Notes: generated from the sequence alone by a model not told the origin. A stretch of DNA of 64,000 nt from Selaginella moellendorffii (GCF_000143415.4 NW_003314281.1:1158481-1222480); one strand, 5' to 3'. Shown: positions 1-14,000, counted from the first letter of the stretch. A program made the numbers and translations.

Positions 1-1791
1 GCCAATTCTGCAAGTCATAGTTAAAGAAAAAATCCACCATTCTAAAAAATGGTAAATCTTTTATATCAACCATAATCTAACAAAACCTTTGACAAAGATA
101 ATCAACTATCCTAGATGACAATCAATTATCACCAATGATTACCAAATGTAAATACTAACTTCAATATTGAAGTTAATGAGCCAAACATGCCTTCCTTAAC
201 AACTTTTAACAAATGGAATAATAAACACAAAACTCAAAGAATCAAAAGCTCAAAGAAGTTTATAACTAAGTCTTGTCTAATAATAGTTATGAGTTTCATA
301 TAAACTAACTTCAATGTTAAAGAAGAAATCATGGTATAACCCACAATATCTTCCTCAACACATCCATAAGCTGAACTTAATAATGCCAAAGCTAATGAAG
401 AGTATATTTGCATCAATCCAAAAGCCAAGCATAATGAAGCTATGCTCAATGAGTGACCATCAAACGACCCTCCATCCATCTATACATAATAAAAGGTAAT
501 TCACTTTATAATAAGTATAAGAGAAATCATCAATAATTTATATATCCTAACTCAAATTCAACAAGGAACCAATATTTTCAATATCAATCACTAACTTTTC
601 ATTTCGTAAAATTAGAATAATCCATGACTAAATCATTTTTCAAGGAAAGGCTCAAAGCTCAACCGCTACTAAACAATTTTGTCTAGAACACAATTAACTC
701 AACTTGCCACTCAATTCATTTGAATGTCAATACAATTGTTAACTAGCAAATGCACGAATGTTAATAAGACAAAGTTATAGCCCAAGCATCGACACTATTT
801 ATAGTAAGACTAATGAAACTCAAAATTAATCCTATAAAGAGATATCTCATTTTATTCAAATCTCAACATTAATAATGTCAACAATAGGGCATCACTCAAT
901 GCTATCAACACCAAAACAAAGTTAAAAGAAAGCAAGAATGAATCACCACTCAAAGCTCATTAGCAATTAAGCTAACCAAAGTCAAAAATACCTTAGTCAA
1001 TATTTGAAACCAATCCTTCAACAATACTCAGTAACACATAACATATCACCAAGGAGTGAATCACCACTTCCAAGACTCAATATAATCCAACACTATGAAC
1101 TAAATGCAATTAAATAATGTTGATAAAGGTGAAATTGATACGATCCTCTGTAACACTATTTGGTAAAGTAAGCCTATCATTAATAAATTTTTATTGAACA
1201 AAGCAAATGTCAAAAGTTCTTAATGAAGTTTACAAGCAATCATTAATCACAAAGCAACTAACAATTGCCCTTCAACTTACCTTCACAAGACCCAAACACT
1301 AAACTCACATCATTGAGTCAAATACTTCTCTAACATAGAGGTAATACCTTAAGTATGACATGGACAAATACAGACGAAATGACCACTCAAACCCAACTTA
1401 TCTACAATAAACTCATTTATGCGTTTAGTCAATAGTTTTGGCCTTGAAGAGGCTAGTTATACATGACTAACACTTAATAAAAATTAAAGTAAAGACCACG
1501 AAATGGACTCATATTGATACACAATCTTTTTATAGAAAAAGCTATAGTATAAGTTAAGTTAAACACCATCATCCTCAGCTAAAGCACAAAGCTACCAAGA
1601 CCAAATCAAGATTAGTGAGAGATCACTATTCTTATAGAGTTTAATAAAATGCAAAGTGCAACCTGCCACCAAGCATAATACTACAAAAGAAATACACAAA
1701 GTCATTTTTCTAAAAAAGTGCAACAGCCACTTTTTTACACCAACTCTAGATTTTATCCAACTTAATTGCTTTAGCCCAATAAGTTAGCATC
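1..1791 (-). mobile_element. Old, decayed host copy of LTR family A, internal region (left segment)
   Basis: Reverse complement is collinear with the internal region of the younger copies (e.g. 1741-1791 matches ~4826-4880). It is AT-shifted, has no ORFs and resumes at 9096. Confidence 0.9.
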
Positions 1792-2937
1792 TGTCGCAAA
1801 TGTGACTTCGGGTATCGAAAGTTACCTGTCGGCTAGTCCTTACGGACACTCTTACCTTATTGCCACGATGGCAAGAGGTCGGTATTGCTGGACCCGTTAT
1901 CAGTCTCCGCCTAAGCTAGTTGAGAAACTGGTCCTCGCGTGTGCACTTGACCAGATGAGCATAAGGAAGGAATTCCTAAGTGTCTATTTAGTCAAGCATA
2001 CTTGACCTGGTTAGAGAAACTCATTCGTTGACTTGCACTTGCTAGTGTTGGGAACCCCCGCGATATTGAGCTTGGTCCCTCAATATCGCTAGATGATAGC
2101 TTACCATGTCTGCCAAACACCCTCGCTATCATGCCCTTTGTGTTAGTCTCATTTCGGTCCTAAATGCTATTTCTGGAAAGTGTCTAGATTTGCTCATTTG
2201 GCATATCTACGGAATGTAGAGATCGGCCTGAACACAATGGTGTTCGTCCCATGTCCAAATTCGCAATCTAGGAACATTCCATATTTAGTAAGTTTCGAGC
2301 TTGTCCCAGAGACTAACTCTTGATACTAAGGGAGGCTTGGGGTGAAAGCCCAAAGCGTGTGTTCCTCAAGGGGGGGGGGGCTATGGGGGGTTCCAAATGT
2401 ATAGTAGGGATAGTGGGTAGGTCGGGCATGGCCGACCAACCTGAGGCATAGTCTAGCTCCCGCTTGCGTGCCTGTCCTTGTTCTGCGTCCGGCTTGGGTC
2501 TAAGCCCAAGTTCCATTCCATGCTAGCTGGTGGAGTACCCATATTCTCACGTTAGGCCACCGGTATGCCGAAATAGCGCCAGACTCTGTTTGGCTCCGTT
2601 TTGCGTGCTGGTCCTGGCATTGGGATGCTGGTTGCTCTAGGACTATTCCAAGTCGCTCCGGGCCCCTGTCCCTTCGCTCCTTGGGCTGTATGCTTGGAAG
2701 TTGCTCCGTGGTTAGGTTCCATCACTCCTTGGCGTCACGCTTGGGAGTTTGGCACCATTCCTTCGTTCAGTGGCCCAAGGCCCTGAACCTCGGGTTCCTA
2801 TGGACACGTGGCACGGACATGTGGCATGTGACACGTGGCATCTGTCACGTGGCACAAAGAGGGTTTATGTTCCGCTTCGTGGTGTTATCCTATGGTAAAT
2901 CACCATAGGATAAAGGGTCAAAACCACGTGCGCTACA
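1792..2937 (+). repeat. Family A LTR (left arm)
   Basis: TG...CA ends, followed by the PBS. Homologous to 7949-9095(-), 11020-12178 and 17092-18217. Confidence 0.92.
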
Positions 2938-2939
2938 TT

Positions 2940-2950
2940 TGGTATCAGAG
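2940..2950 (+). promoter_or_regulatory. Primer-binding site (tRNA-iMet type)
   Basis: TGGTATCAGAG 2 nt after the LTR-terminal CA; canonical plant PBS. Confidence 0.9.
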
Positions 2951-5777
2951 GGTGAGTCTCAGCGAGAACTATCCAATGAGATTGGGCAACTAGTCTTGTT
3001 GCATACGCAGAGATGAAAACGATGATCCGAGTGGGTACACGTTTTGGTGCAAAGACTTCACATTGGTTCCTTGGGATAGGTTTTGGTTACCTTTTTGTTC
3101 TATATTACACGAGTTTGCGCTTGGGCTCGTGAGTGAGGCGCATTAGCAACTCGAGGTTACACTTAGAGTTGGCAGGATTAATGTTAGCCTATCGGTGGTT
3201 CCATGAGTTGTTCCATGTACCATGGGTGAAAATAAACTTTCCCTGGGTTTGCTATGAGTGGCAAATAGGCTGGTCCGTAGCTGTTTAGCACGGCACTAGT
3301 GGATCCTTCCTAGGCATGATTATAATTGGATCAATCAAGACTGTAGGGAATAGTCTATTGGTTCAAGTAATCATTGCCGTGCTCTCTCATAAACTTTTCT
3401 TGGATTGAACTGAAGGCAGTGTGAAAGCAAGCTTGAGGTTTGGTCAAAGATGAGACCGAAAAGAGAGTCATCGGGGACAAAGGATCAAATACGTAAATCA
3501 TTTTCTCTTCTTGGAGAGATGATCTGCAACGAGGTGTTAACTCATTGCTTGTGTTCACATCATGCAATCAAGAGTTCCTATCTTGATGCATGTTGGAGAT
3601 GGTGGTCTTACAATGGTGAGTTGTAGGATGGATAGCGGTGAAGCGCTAAACCATTTTGTCTAAGCTTGCTATTGGAAGACTTGGGTTGCAATGCTCAATT
3701 CTTTTCCGGGGAACCTTGCTATTACTCCTTGAGTAGCTTGGTGTTGGATTAGTGTTGAGTTTGGTCAGAAAGAGAGCGGCATGAGCTTGTCCGTGTTGTG
3801 AACAAAAGTTAGTGATATTGGGTGTTGTAAATCTCTATCGGTGGAGTGTGGCATTTATGTTGCATTTTGTTGAATTGAGTTAGCACTTGATACTCACATA
3901 AACCTTTGCAGTAGTGACATGGGCATTGCTCATAGTGTTACTCAATTGATGATCAAGTCATTGTGATGCTTATATCATATCCATGTGATAAAGAGTAATG
4001 CGTTTACGAAGTTGCTTGGGTAAATGATGATCAACCCCAAAGTGGTTGATGGAGAAGCTAGTCTACTTGCACGAAGTAGCATTGTAGTAGCTTTGACTAG
4101 ATTCTCAATGGTGGTCCATTATGCTAAGCTTAAGTTGCTACCTTGTTTCCTTAAGTTTGCCCATTAGGTGTTGGAAAAGGGTTATAGCATTCACTTGCTA
4201 TGGCTTGTTGGTTGATCCGTTAACACTTGGAGTAGATTGTTGGATGGAGAAGATGGGTAGTTGGGGCATTGACATCGCTAACACTTGTGTTAGTGGAAGT
4301 AGCATTATTGATTCGAGTGATGAGGGATTTTCCTTAGAGCTTGATTTTCCATGTCATTTTTCTTGTTAGTGTTTTGGCTTCACATTGAATCTTGAAGGTG
4401 ATTGAAGAAGAGTGTTAGTGCAATGTGGATATCCGAAGATGTGGTCTTCGTGATCAAGCCTTGGATGTTCATTTTGCACTTTGCGGATGTCGGAGTTAGA
4501 TGTCGGAAAAATGGGCAAAGATGTTCGAGGCTTAAGCATATTGTTGGACATGAGAATTTGTGTTGAGGTGAACCTATGTGGAGTTGTTAGTAGGAGGAAG
4601 TTGGTTGAGTCTTGAAAGTTTGCAATTCTGGATTGAGAGTCATTCTTTCTCTAGGATGGAAAATTTTCCACAAATTTTCTTAGACTTTTCCAATGGCTAA
4701 TCTATTGATCACTTTGCTCGAAAACCATTCCATTTTCGAAAGCCAGTACAAACTAGTGAAGGGGTTGGAGTTGACTTCGGTTGGCTTAGATCTTAGTAGG
4801 TAGTTTGTATGATGCGGCCCGAAAGGGATGCTAACTTTTGGGGCTAAAGCAATTGAGTTGGATAGAGTCTAGAGTTGATATCGAAAAGTGGCCGTTGCAC
4901 TTTTCTCAGAAAGGTGACCCTTGTACCTTTCTTTTGTAGCGTTATGCTTGGTGGCAGGTTGCACCTTGCATTATGTTAGACTCTATGAGAGTAGTGAGCT
5001 TTCACTGATCTTGACTTGGTCTTGGTGGCCATGCGCCTTGGCTGAGGATAGTGATGTCCAATTTAGTTGTTTGAGGTTGCGATGTTGGTACCCGTACTAT
5101 AGCTTTGTCTATGAGGAGGTTGTGTACCAATATGAGTCCATCTCATGGTCTTCACTTTAGTTTCGACTGAGTGTTGATCATGCATAGCTAGCCTCTTTAA
5201 GGCATGTTCAGAGCTATTGATTAAATGCATTAGTGAGATTATTGCGGTTGAGTTGGATTCGAGTGGTCATTTAGTTTGTGCTTGTCTATGAACTTTTATC
5301 TCGTACCTGGGGTATTATGTTCATGTTGGACAAGTATGTGACTCGATGATATGAGTTGGTGTTTGGGTCTTGTGAACGCAAGTTGAAGAGTGATTGTTAG
5401 TTGCTTTGCGACTAGTGATTACTTGTAGACTTCATCAAGGACAGTTGACACTTGCTTTGCTCGATGATGATTTAGCAGTGATGGGCTTGCTTTACCGGAT
5501 GGTGTTGCGGAGGATCGTGTCGTTAGACTTGCATAGGTTTTCTATGTTAGTATATCGATTCTATCTTTGTCGATATCATTTGGTTACGTTTAGTCCGTGG
5601 TGTTGGATTTCATTGAGTCTTGGATGTGGTGATTCACTCTTTGATGAAATGTTATCTGTAACTGAGTATTGCTGAAGGATTGGTCTCGGATACTAAGTAT
5701 AGTATCTTCGACTTTGGTTAGCTTGGTTGCTGGAAAGCTCCGAGTGGTGATTCACTCTTGCTTTCTTCTAGCTTTGT

Positions 5778-5877
5778 NNNNNNNNNNNNNNNNNNNNNNN
5801 NNNNNNNNNNNNNNNNNNNNNNNNNNNNNNNNNNNNNNNNNNNNNNNNNNNNNNNNNNNNNNNNNNNNNNNNNNNNN
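5778..5877. other. Assembly gap (100 N)
   Basis: N run. Flanks are collinear with 15061-15120, which implies only a few tens of bp are really missing. Confidence 0.95.
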
Positions 5878-7948
5878 CATTGATATTGTTGATATTGAGA
5901 TCTGAGTGAAATGAGATATCCTTCCAAGGATTGATATTGAGTTTCATTAGTCTTGATGAATATAGTGTTGATGATTTGGCTATAGCTTTGTGTTGTTGGC
6001 ATTTGTGCATTTTGCTAGTTAGCAACTATGTTGACGTTCAAATGAACTAAGTGGCAAGTTGAGTTAGTTGTGTTCTAGACGAGATTATTTAGTAGAGGAT
6101 TGAGCTTCGGCTTTTCCTTGAAAAGTGATTCAGTTATGGACTATGCTAGCTTTACGAGATGAAGAGTTAGTGATCGCTATTAGAATATTTGAGTCCTTGC
6201 TGGATTTGAGTTGGAATATATATCGATCATGGATGATTCTTCTTGTGCTTGTTATGAAGTGAGTTACGTCTTGGTATAGATGGATTCATGGAGGATCATT
6301 TAGTGATCACTTGTTGAGCATAGCTCCATTGTGCTTAGCTTTTGGATTGATGTAGAAATGCTCTTCATTAGCTTTGGCATTATGAAGTTTGGCTTATGGA
6401 TGTGTTGAAAAAGACATTGTGGGTTGCACCATGATTTCTTCTTTAGCATTGAAGTTAGCTTCTATGAGACTCATGATCATTATTAAGCAAGACTTGGCTA
6501 TAGGCTTCTTCGAGCTTTTGGTTCTTTGAGTTTTCATACTCATTATTCCATTTGTCTGGAGTTATTCGGGGAAGGCATTTTTGGCTCTTTAGCTTCGATG
6601 TTGAAGTTAGTATTTGCATCTAGCAATCATTGGTGATGATTGACTATCATCTGGGATAATTAATTATCTTTGTCAGAGGTTTTTCTTGATTATCGTTGAT
6701 CTAGATTGATTCGCTATTCTTCGGGATGGTGGATTCCTTCTTAGACGATGATTTTGCATCTCTTTATTGATGGGATGATTGATGATCTTTCATGATGGTT
6801 AGTTGTTCTTTTTGATGGCTTATGGCTTTTCACAATACCACATATTCTTTGTGGTTTGCTCTGGATTGGTCTCTTGGGTTTGAGACATCCGTAGGATGTT
6901 GCTAACACTTGCTTAGACAACTTGAGTTCTTTCGTGTTGTTGGCTGGGATCTATTCGGATTGGCTAGTGTAATGGTTAATATGAACAAGCGTTTGTTTGC
7001 TTTGCAACATTCATTTTGTTCTATTGATTATTGCTCGAGTTAGTTCTCATAGATTAGGATGTTATTCCTTCGGGTGATACATTCGCGAGCATTGTGCTTG
7101 TTAGTCAATGATACTTTGTGTTCTTTGAGTTGTGTTTTGTGAGTTGTTTGGCATGCTATCAGCCATTTTCGGTAGTTAAGTTTTATCATTGAGTTTACTT
7201 GATGATATACTTGCTATTGAATTTTGTTAGATGGTGAATTCTATGTTTTCCAATGATAGTGATTTTGGTGGTTCTTATACTATAATACTAGTTTATCGGA
7301 TGATAACTTACTTGGAATACTTTTGTGTTCTAATCTAAGCTTTATTCACTGATAATTAAATCTCTAAGATATCATTGTTTATGACTTTGCTATGTCCATA
7401 TATATTGATCTTTGAGTTTGGGCCAGTATAGGTAGACTGGCTTCGGCACTTCGTGTGCATGGTGAAATCTCTAGTCATGGGGTAGCTACTGTCGACTGGT
7501 CACATAACCCGCCTCTCTGTCGATGTTCCTTGTTCCGTGAAAGGGCGTGACCGTGTAAACAACTCTAAACTACCTGTTGACAGTAGTCTATCTAAACCTT
7601 ACCGACGGGTTTGGTTTCTTTGCTCAGAAGGGTTGGGGCCTCTGGCTCCTCTCTCTATGTCTCTGCGGGCAGAGCATATCACACTTTTGTAGCTGGGTGA
7701 CTCCCAGAGCAGCAGGGGTGGCTGACTTCGTTGGTCATTTCCTTGTCGGTGACGGCCGGAAGGTGTCTGAGCTGGTAACGCATCCGCGTTAGACAAAGAG
7801 GTTCCCCCTAACTCATTTAAGTTGGTGCATTTCTCACATAGTGTGAGTACCGTAAACTTTTTCTGGAGTTGTTTCCTTGGCGGTATTCTAGACTCGAGTG
7901 TGCATCGACGAGGACGTCGATCTTCCTCAAGGGACCTCTGATACCAAA

Positions 7949-9095
7949 TGTAGCGCACGTGGTTTTGACCCTTTATCCTATGGTGATTTACCATAGGATA
8001 ACACCACGAAGCGGAACATAAACCCTCTTTGTGCCACGTGACAGATGCCACATGTCACATGCCACGTGTCCGTGCCACGTGTCCATAGGAACCCGAGGTT
8101 CAGGGCCTTGGGCCACTGAACGAAGGAACGGTGCCAAACTCCCAAGCGTGACGCCAAGGAGTGATAGAACCTAACCACGGAGCAACTTCCAAGCATACAG
8201 CCCAAGGAGCGAAGGGACAGGGGCCCGGAGCGACTTGGAATAGTCCTAGAGCAACCAGCATCCCAATGCCAGGACCAGCACGCAAAACGGAGCCAAACAG
8301 AGTCTGGCGCTATTTCGGCATACCAGTGGCCTAACGTGAGAATATGGGTACTCCACCAGCTAGCATGGAATGGAACTTGGGCTTAGACCCAAGCCGGACG
8401 CAGAACAAGGACAGGCACGCAAGCGGGAGCTAGACTATGCCTCAGGTTGGTCGGCCATGCCCGACCTACCCACTATCCCTACTATACATTTGGAACCCCC
8501 CATAGCCCCCCCCCCCCTTGAGGAACACACGCTTTGGGCTTTCACCCCAAGCCTCCCTTAGTATCAAGAGTTAGTCTCTGGGACAAGCTCGAAACTTACT
8601 AAATATGGAATGTTCCTAGATTGCGAATTTGGACATGGGACGAACACCATTGTGTTCAGGCCGATCTCTACATTCCGTAGATATGCCAAATGAGCAAATC
8701 TAGACACTTTCCAGAAATAGCATTTAGGACCGAAATGAGACTAACACAAAGGGCATGATAGCGAGGGTGTTTGGCAGACACGGTAAGCTATCATCTAGCG
8801 ATATTGAGGGACCAAGCTCAATATCGCGGGGGTTCCCAACACTAGCAAGTGCAAGTCAACGAATGAGTTTCTCTAACCAGGTCAAGTATGCTTGACTAAA
8901 TAGACACTTAGGAATTCCTTCCTTATGCTCATCTGGTCAAGTGCACACGCGAGGACCAGTTTCTCAACTAGCTTAGGTGGAGACTGATAACGGGTCCAGC
9001 AATACCGACCTCTTGCCATCGTGGCAATAAGGTAAGAGTGTCCGTAAGGACTAGCCGACAGGTAACTTTCGATACCCAAAGTCACATTCACGACA
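7949..9095 (-). repeat. Family A LTR (right arm, inverted), preceded by inverted PBS at 7936-7946
   Basis: Near-identical reverse complement of 1792-2937; CTCTGATACCA is the reverse complement of the PBS. Confidence 0.92.
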
Positions 9096-11019
9096 GCATC
9101 TCTTTCGGTTGCATTATAGTTTGTACTGACTTATGAAAATGGAATAGTTTTCAAGCAAAATGATCAATAGATCAGCTATTTTTTAAAAGTCTAAAAAAAT
9201 TTGTGAAAAGTTTTCCATCCTAAAGAAAGAATGACTCTCAATTTAGAAATACAAACTTTTAAACTCAACCAACTTCCTCCTACCTACAACTTTATATAGG
9301 TTCACCTTAACATAAATTCTCATAATCTAATAATATGTTTAATCATGGAACATTTTGCCCATATTTCTAACACCCAACATTGACATCCGCAAAATGTAAA
9401 ATGAACATTCAAGTTTTGATCATGAAAACCATTTTTTTGAATATCCATATTGCATTAACACTTTTCTTTAACCACTTTCAAGATCCAATGTGAAACCAAA
9501 ACACTAACAAAGAAAAAAAAAAGGACATGGAAAATTAAGTTTTAAGGAAAATTTCTCATCACTCAAAATAACAATGCCACTTAGTGATAGTGATATTAAT
9601 GCCTCAACTACACACCTTCTCCATCTAACAATCTACTCCAAGTGCTAACAGATAAACTAACAAACCATAGCAAGTGAATGCTATAACCTTTTTCAACACC
9701 TTATAAGTAAACCCTCAAGAAAACAAGGTATCAACTCAAACTTAATATAATGGACCACTATTGTGAATTTAGTCAAAATTACTACAATGTTACTATATAT
9801 AAGTAAATTAGCTTCACTATTATCCACTTTGGGGTTGATTATCATTTAACTAAACAACTTATTAAACACATTGCTCATGATCATATGAATATAATATAAA
9901 AATCACAATGACTTGATCATCAATTGAGCAACACCACATGCAAGCCCATATTATTACTTCAAAAGTTTACGTGAGTATCAAATGCTTACTCTATTTGACA
10001 AAATGCAACATAGATGCTATACCCACTAATAAAGATTTACAACACCAAATGCCACCAACTTTATTCATAACATAGACAACCTCATGCCACTCTTTTTCTT
10101 GACCAAACTTAAAACTAATCCAACACCAAACTACTCAAGGAGCAAAAGCAAGATTCCTTAGAAAAGAATTGAGAATTGTAACTCAAATCTTTAATAGTAA
10201 GCCTAGACAAAATAGTTTAGCGCTTCATTGTTATCCATCCCACAACTCACAATTTGTAAAACCATCATTTTTAATATGCATCAAGGTAGAGACTTTTGAT
10301 TATATAATGTGAACACAAACAATGAGTTAACACCTCATTGCAAATCATCTTTTCAAGAAGAGAAAATAATTTACGTATTTGATCCTTCATTCCTAACAAC
10401 TCTTTTTTCGGTTTCATCTTTGATCAAATCTCAAGCTTGCATTCGCACAATCCAAGAAAAGTATATAAGAGAGCGCGGCAATAAGTATTTGAACCAATAG
10501 ATTGATATCTATAATTTTGATTGATCCGCTTATAATCATGCCTAGGAAGGATCCACTTATGTCATGCTAAATAGCTATAGACCAACTTATTTGCCACTCA
10601 TAGCAAACTCAAAGGAGGCTTACTTTTATGTATGGTACATGGCTCAAGTCATGGTAAAGACTAATAGGCTAACGTTAATCCTGCCAACTCAAAATGTAAC
10701 CTTGAGTTGCTAATATGCCTCATTCACAAACCCAAGCATAAACTCGTGCAAATGGAATATCTCATTCTATACTATGAGCCCAAGAGCAAGCTTACATAAT
10801 ATGGTAAAAAAGGTAACCAAAGTCCATATCTAAGGAATGAATGCAAAATCATAGCACCCAAACGTATACCCACTTGGATCATCGTTTCCATCTTTGCATA
10901 TGCAACAAGACTAGTTGCCCAATCTCATTGGATAATACTCGCTAAGACGTATCATTTAATACCAAATGTAACACATGTGGTTTTCACCCTTTATTCTATA
11001 ATGATTTACTATAGAATAA
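9096..11019 (-). mobile_element. Old host copy of family A continued: internal region, decayed PBS (~10955-10965) and start of its LTR (10967-11019)
   Basis: Reverse complement matches 2885-4830 of the young copy. Interrupted at 11020 by a further insertion. Confidence 0.88.
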
Positions 11020-14000
11020 TGTTGCAAATGTGACTTCGGGTATCGAAAGTTACCTGTCAACCAGTCCTTTCGGATATTCTTTCCTTACTGCCACGACGGC
11101 AGGAGGTTGGTATTGCTGGACCTGTTATTAGTCTCCACCTAAATTAGTTGAGAAACTGGTCCTCGCGTGTGCACTTGACCAGATGAGCATAAGGAAGGAA
11201 TTCCTAAGTGTCTATTTAATCAAGCATACTTGACCTGGTTAGAGAAACTCATTCATTGACTTGCATTTGCTAGTGTTGGGAACCCCCGCAATATTCAGCT
11301 TGGTCCTTTAATATCGCTAGATGATAGCTTACCGTGTCTGCCAAACACCCTCGCTATCATCCCTTTTGTGTTAGCCTCATTTCGGTCCCAAATGTTATTT
11401 ATGGAAAGTGTCCAGATTTGCTCATTTGGCATATCTACGGAATGTAGAGATTGTCCTGAACACAATGGTGTTCGTCCCGTGTCAAAATTTGCAATCTAGG
11501 GACATTCCATATTTAGTAAGTTTCAAGCTTGTCTCAGAGACTAACTCCTGATACTAAGGGAGGCTTGGGGTGAAAGCCCAAAGCGTGTGTTCCTCAGGCG
11601 GGGGAGGGCGGGGGGGGGGGGGCTGTGGGGGGTTCCAAGTGTATAGTAGGGATAGTGGGTAGGTCAGGCATGGCCAACCAACCTAAGGCATAGTCTAGCT
11701 CTCGCTTGCATGCCTGTCCTTGTTCTGTGTCCGGCTTGGGTCTAAGCCCAAGTTCCATTCCATGCTAGCTGGTGGAGTACCCATGTCCTCGTGTTAGGCC
11801 ACCGGTATGTTGAAACAGTGCCAGACTCTATTTGGCTCCGTTTTGCATGCTAGTCCTGGCATTGGGATGTTGGTTACTCTAGGACTATTCCAAGTCGCTC
11901 CGGGCTCCTGTCTCTTCGCTCTTTGGGCTGCATGCTCGGGAGTTGCTCTATGGTTCGGTTCCGTCACTCCTCGGCTCCATGCTTAGGAGTTTGGCACCGT
12001 TCCTTCGTTCAGTGGCCCAAGGCCCTGAACCTCAGGTTCTGCACCACTATCCTTTGGACACGTGGCATATGACATGTGGCATGTGTCATGTGGCATAAAG
12101 AGGGTTTAGGTTCTGTTTCGTGGTGTTATCCTATGGTAAATCACCATAGGATAAAGGGTAAAAACCACGTGCACTACATTTGGTATCAGAGAAGGAGTCT
12201 CAGCGAGTACTATACAATGAGATTGGGCAACTAATCTCGTTGCATACGCAGAGATGAAAACGATGATCCGAGTGGGTACACGTTTGGGTGCTAAGACTTC
12301 GCAATCGTTCCTTGGGTATGGATTTGGTTACCTTTCATTTTAGATTATGTGAGCTTGCTCTTGGGCTCATAAGATGGATTTGAGTTGTTCCGGTAGCACG
12401 AGGTTGAGCTTGAGCTTGTGAGTGAGGCACATTAGCAACTCAAGGTTACGCTTTGGGTTGGCAGGATTAATGTTAGTCTATTGGTGGTTCCATGAGTGGT
12501 TCCAGTGGTTCCATGAGTTATTCCTTGTACCATGGGTGAAACAAACCTCCCTGGGTTTGCTATGAGTGGCAAATAGGCTGGTCCGTAGCTGTTTAGCACG
12601 GCACTAGTGGATCCTTCATAGGCATGATTATAAGTGGATCAATCAAGACTATAGGGATTAGTCTATTGGTTTAAGTAGTCATGGCCGTGCTCTCTCATAA
12701 ACTTTTCTTTGATTGAACTAAAGGCAGTGCAAAAGCAAGCTTGAGGTTTGGTCAAAGATGAGACCGAAAAGAGAGTCATCGGGACGAAGGATCAAACACG
12801 TAAATCATTTTCTCTTCTTGGAGAGATGATTTGCAATGAGGTGTGATTCATTGCTCGTGTTCATAATATGCAATCAAGAGTCCCTATCTTGGTGCATGTT
12901 GGAAATGATAGTCTTACAAATGGTGAGCTATGCGATGGATAGCGGTGAAGCGCTATACTATTTTGTGGCTTGCTATTGAAAGACTTGGGTTGCAATGTTC
13001 AATTCTTTTCCGGGGAACCTTGTTATTGTTTCTTGAGTAGCTTGGTGTTGGATTAGTGTTGAGTTTGGTCGGAAAGAGAGTGTGAGCTTGTTCGTGTTGT
13101 GAACAAAAGTTAGTGGTGTTAGGTGTCGTAAATCTCTATTGATGGGGTGTGGCATTTATGTTGCATTTTGTTGAATCGAGTTGGCACTTGATATTCACAT
13201 AAACCTTTGCAGTAGTGACATGGGCATTGCTCATAGTGTTGCTTGATTGATGATCAAGTTATTGTGATTTATATCATATCTATGTGATAATGAGCAATGT
13301 GTTTACGAAGTTGCTTGGGTAAATGATGATCAACCCCAAAGTGGTTGATAGAGAAGCTAGTCTACTTGCACGAAGTAGCATTGTAGTAGCTTTGACTGGA
13401 TCTCGATGGTGGTCCATTATGCTAAGCTTAAGTTGGTACTTTGTTCCTTGGGTTTGCCCATAAGTTGTTGGAAAGGTTGTAGCATTCATTTGTTATAGCT
13501 CGTCGGTTGATCCGTTAACACTTGGAATAGATTGTTGGATGGAGAAGATGTGTAGTTGGGGCATTAACATCATTAGCACTTGTGTTAGTGGAAGTGGCAT
13601 TGTTATTTCAAGTGATGAGGGATTTTCCTTAGACCTTGATTTTCCATGTCATTTTTCTTGTTAATGTTTTGACTTCACATTGGATCTTGAAGGTGATTGA
13701 AGAAGAGTGTTAGTGCAATATGGATATCCGAACATGTGGTCTACGTGATCAAGCCTTGGATGTTCATTTTGCACTTTGCAGATGTCGGTGTTGGATATCA
13801 GTTAGATGGGCAAAGATGTTCGATGCTTAAGCATATCGTTGGATCATGAGAATTTATGTTGAGGTGAACTTATATGAAGTTGTAGGTAGGAGGAAGTTGG
13901 TTGAGTTTTGAAGGTTTGCAATCCTAGACTGAGAGTCATTCTTTCTCTAGGATGGAAATTTTCCACAAATTTTCTTAGACTTCTCCAATGGCTGATCTGT

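Larger units (their letters stand above)
1792..9095 (+). mobile_element. Non-autonomous gypsy-like LTR element (family A) with inverted LTRs, TSD GCATC
   Basis: Starts TGTCG (1792) and ends CGACA (9095). GCATC lies at 1787-1791 and 9096-9100. Layout: LTR+PBS on the left, ~5 kb internal region without long ORFs, truncated PPT at ~7929-7934, then reverse-complement PBS+LTR. Confidence 0.9.

Noticed and set aside
1802-2908. Small ORFs repeated at 7978-9091 and 17325-18156
   Set aside because: They recur only because the LTR is repeated; frames break between copies.
5669-6025. ORFs spanning N runs (also 39756-40368)
   Set aside because: Artefacts of assembly gaps.
1792-9095. DNA transposon (Mutator/foldback) or DIRS reading of the long terminal inverted repeats
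   Set aside because: The arms are bona fide LTRs with PBS, a sister copy has them in direct orientation, the TSD is 5 bp, and no transposase or tyrosine recombinase is visible.
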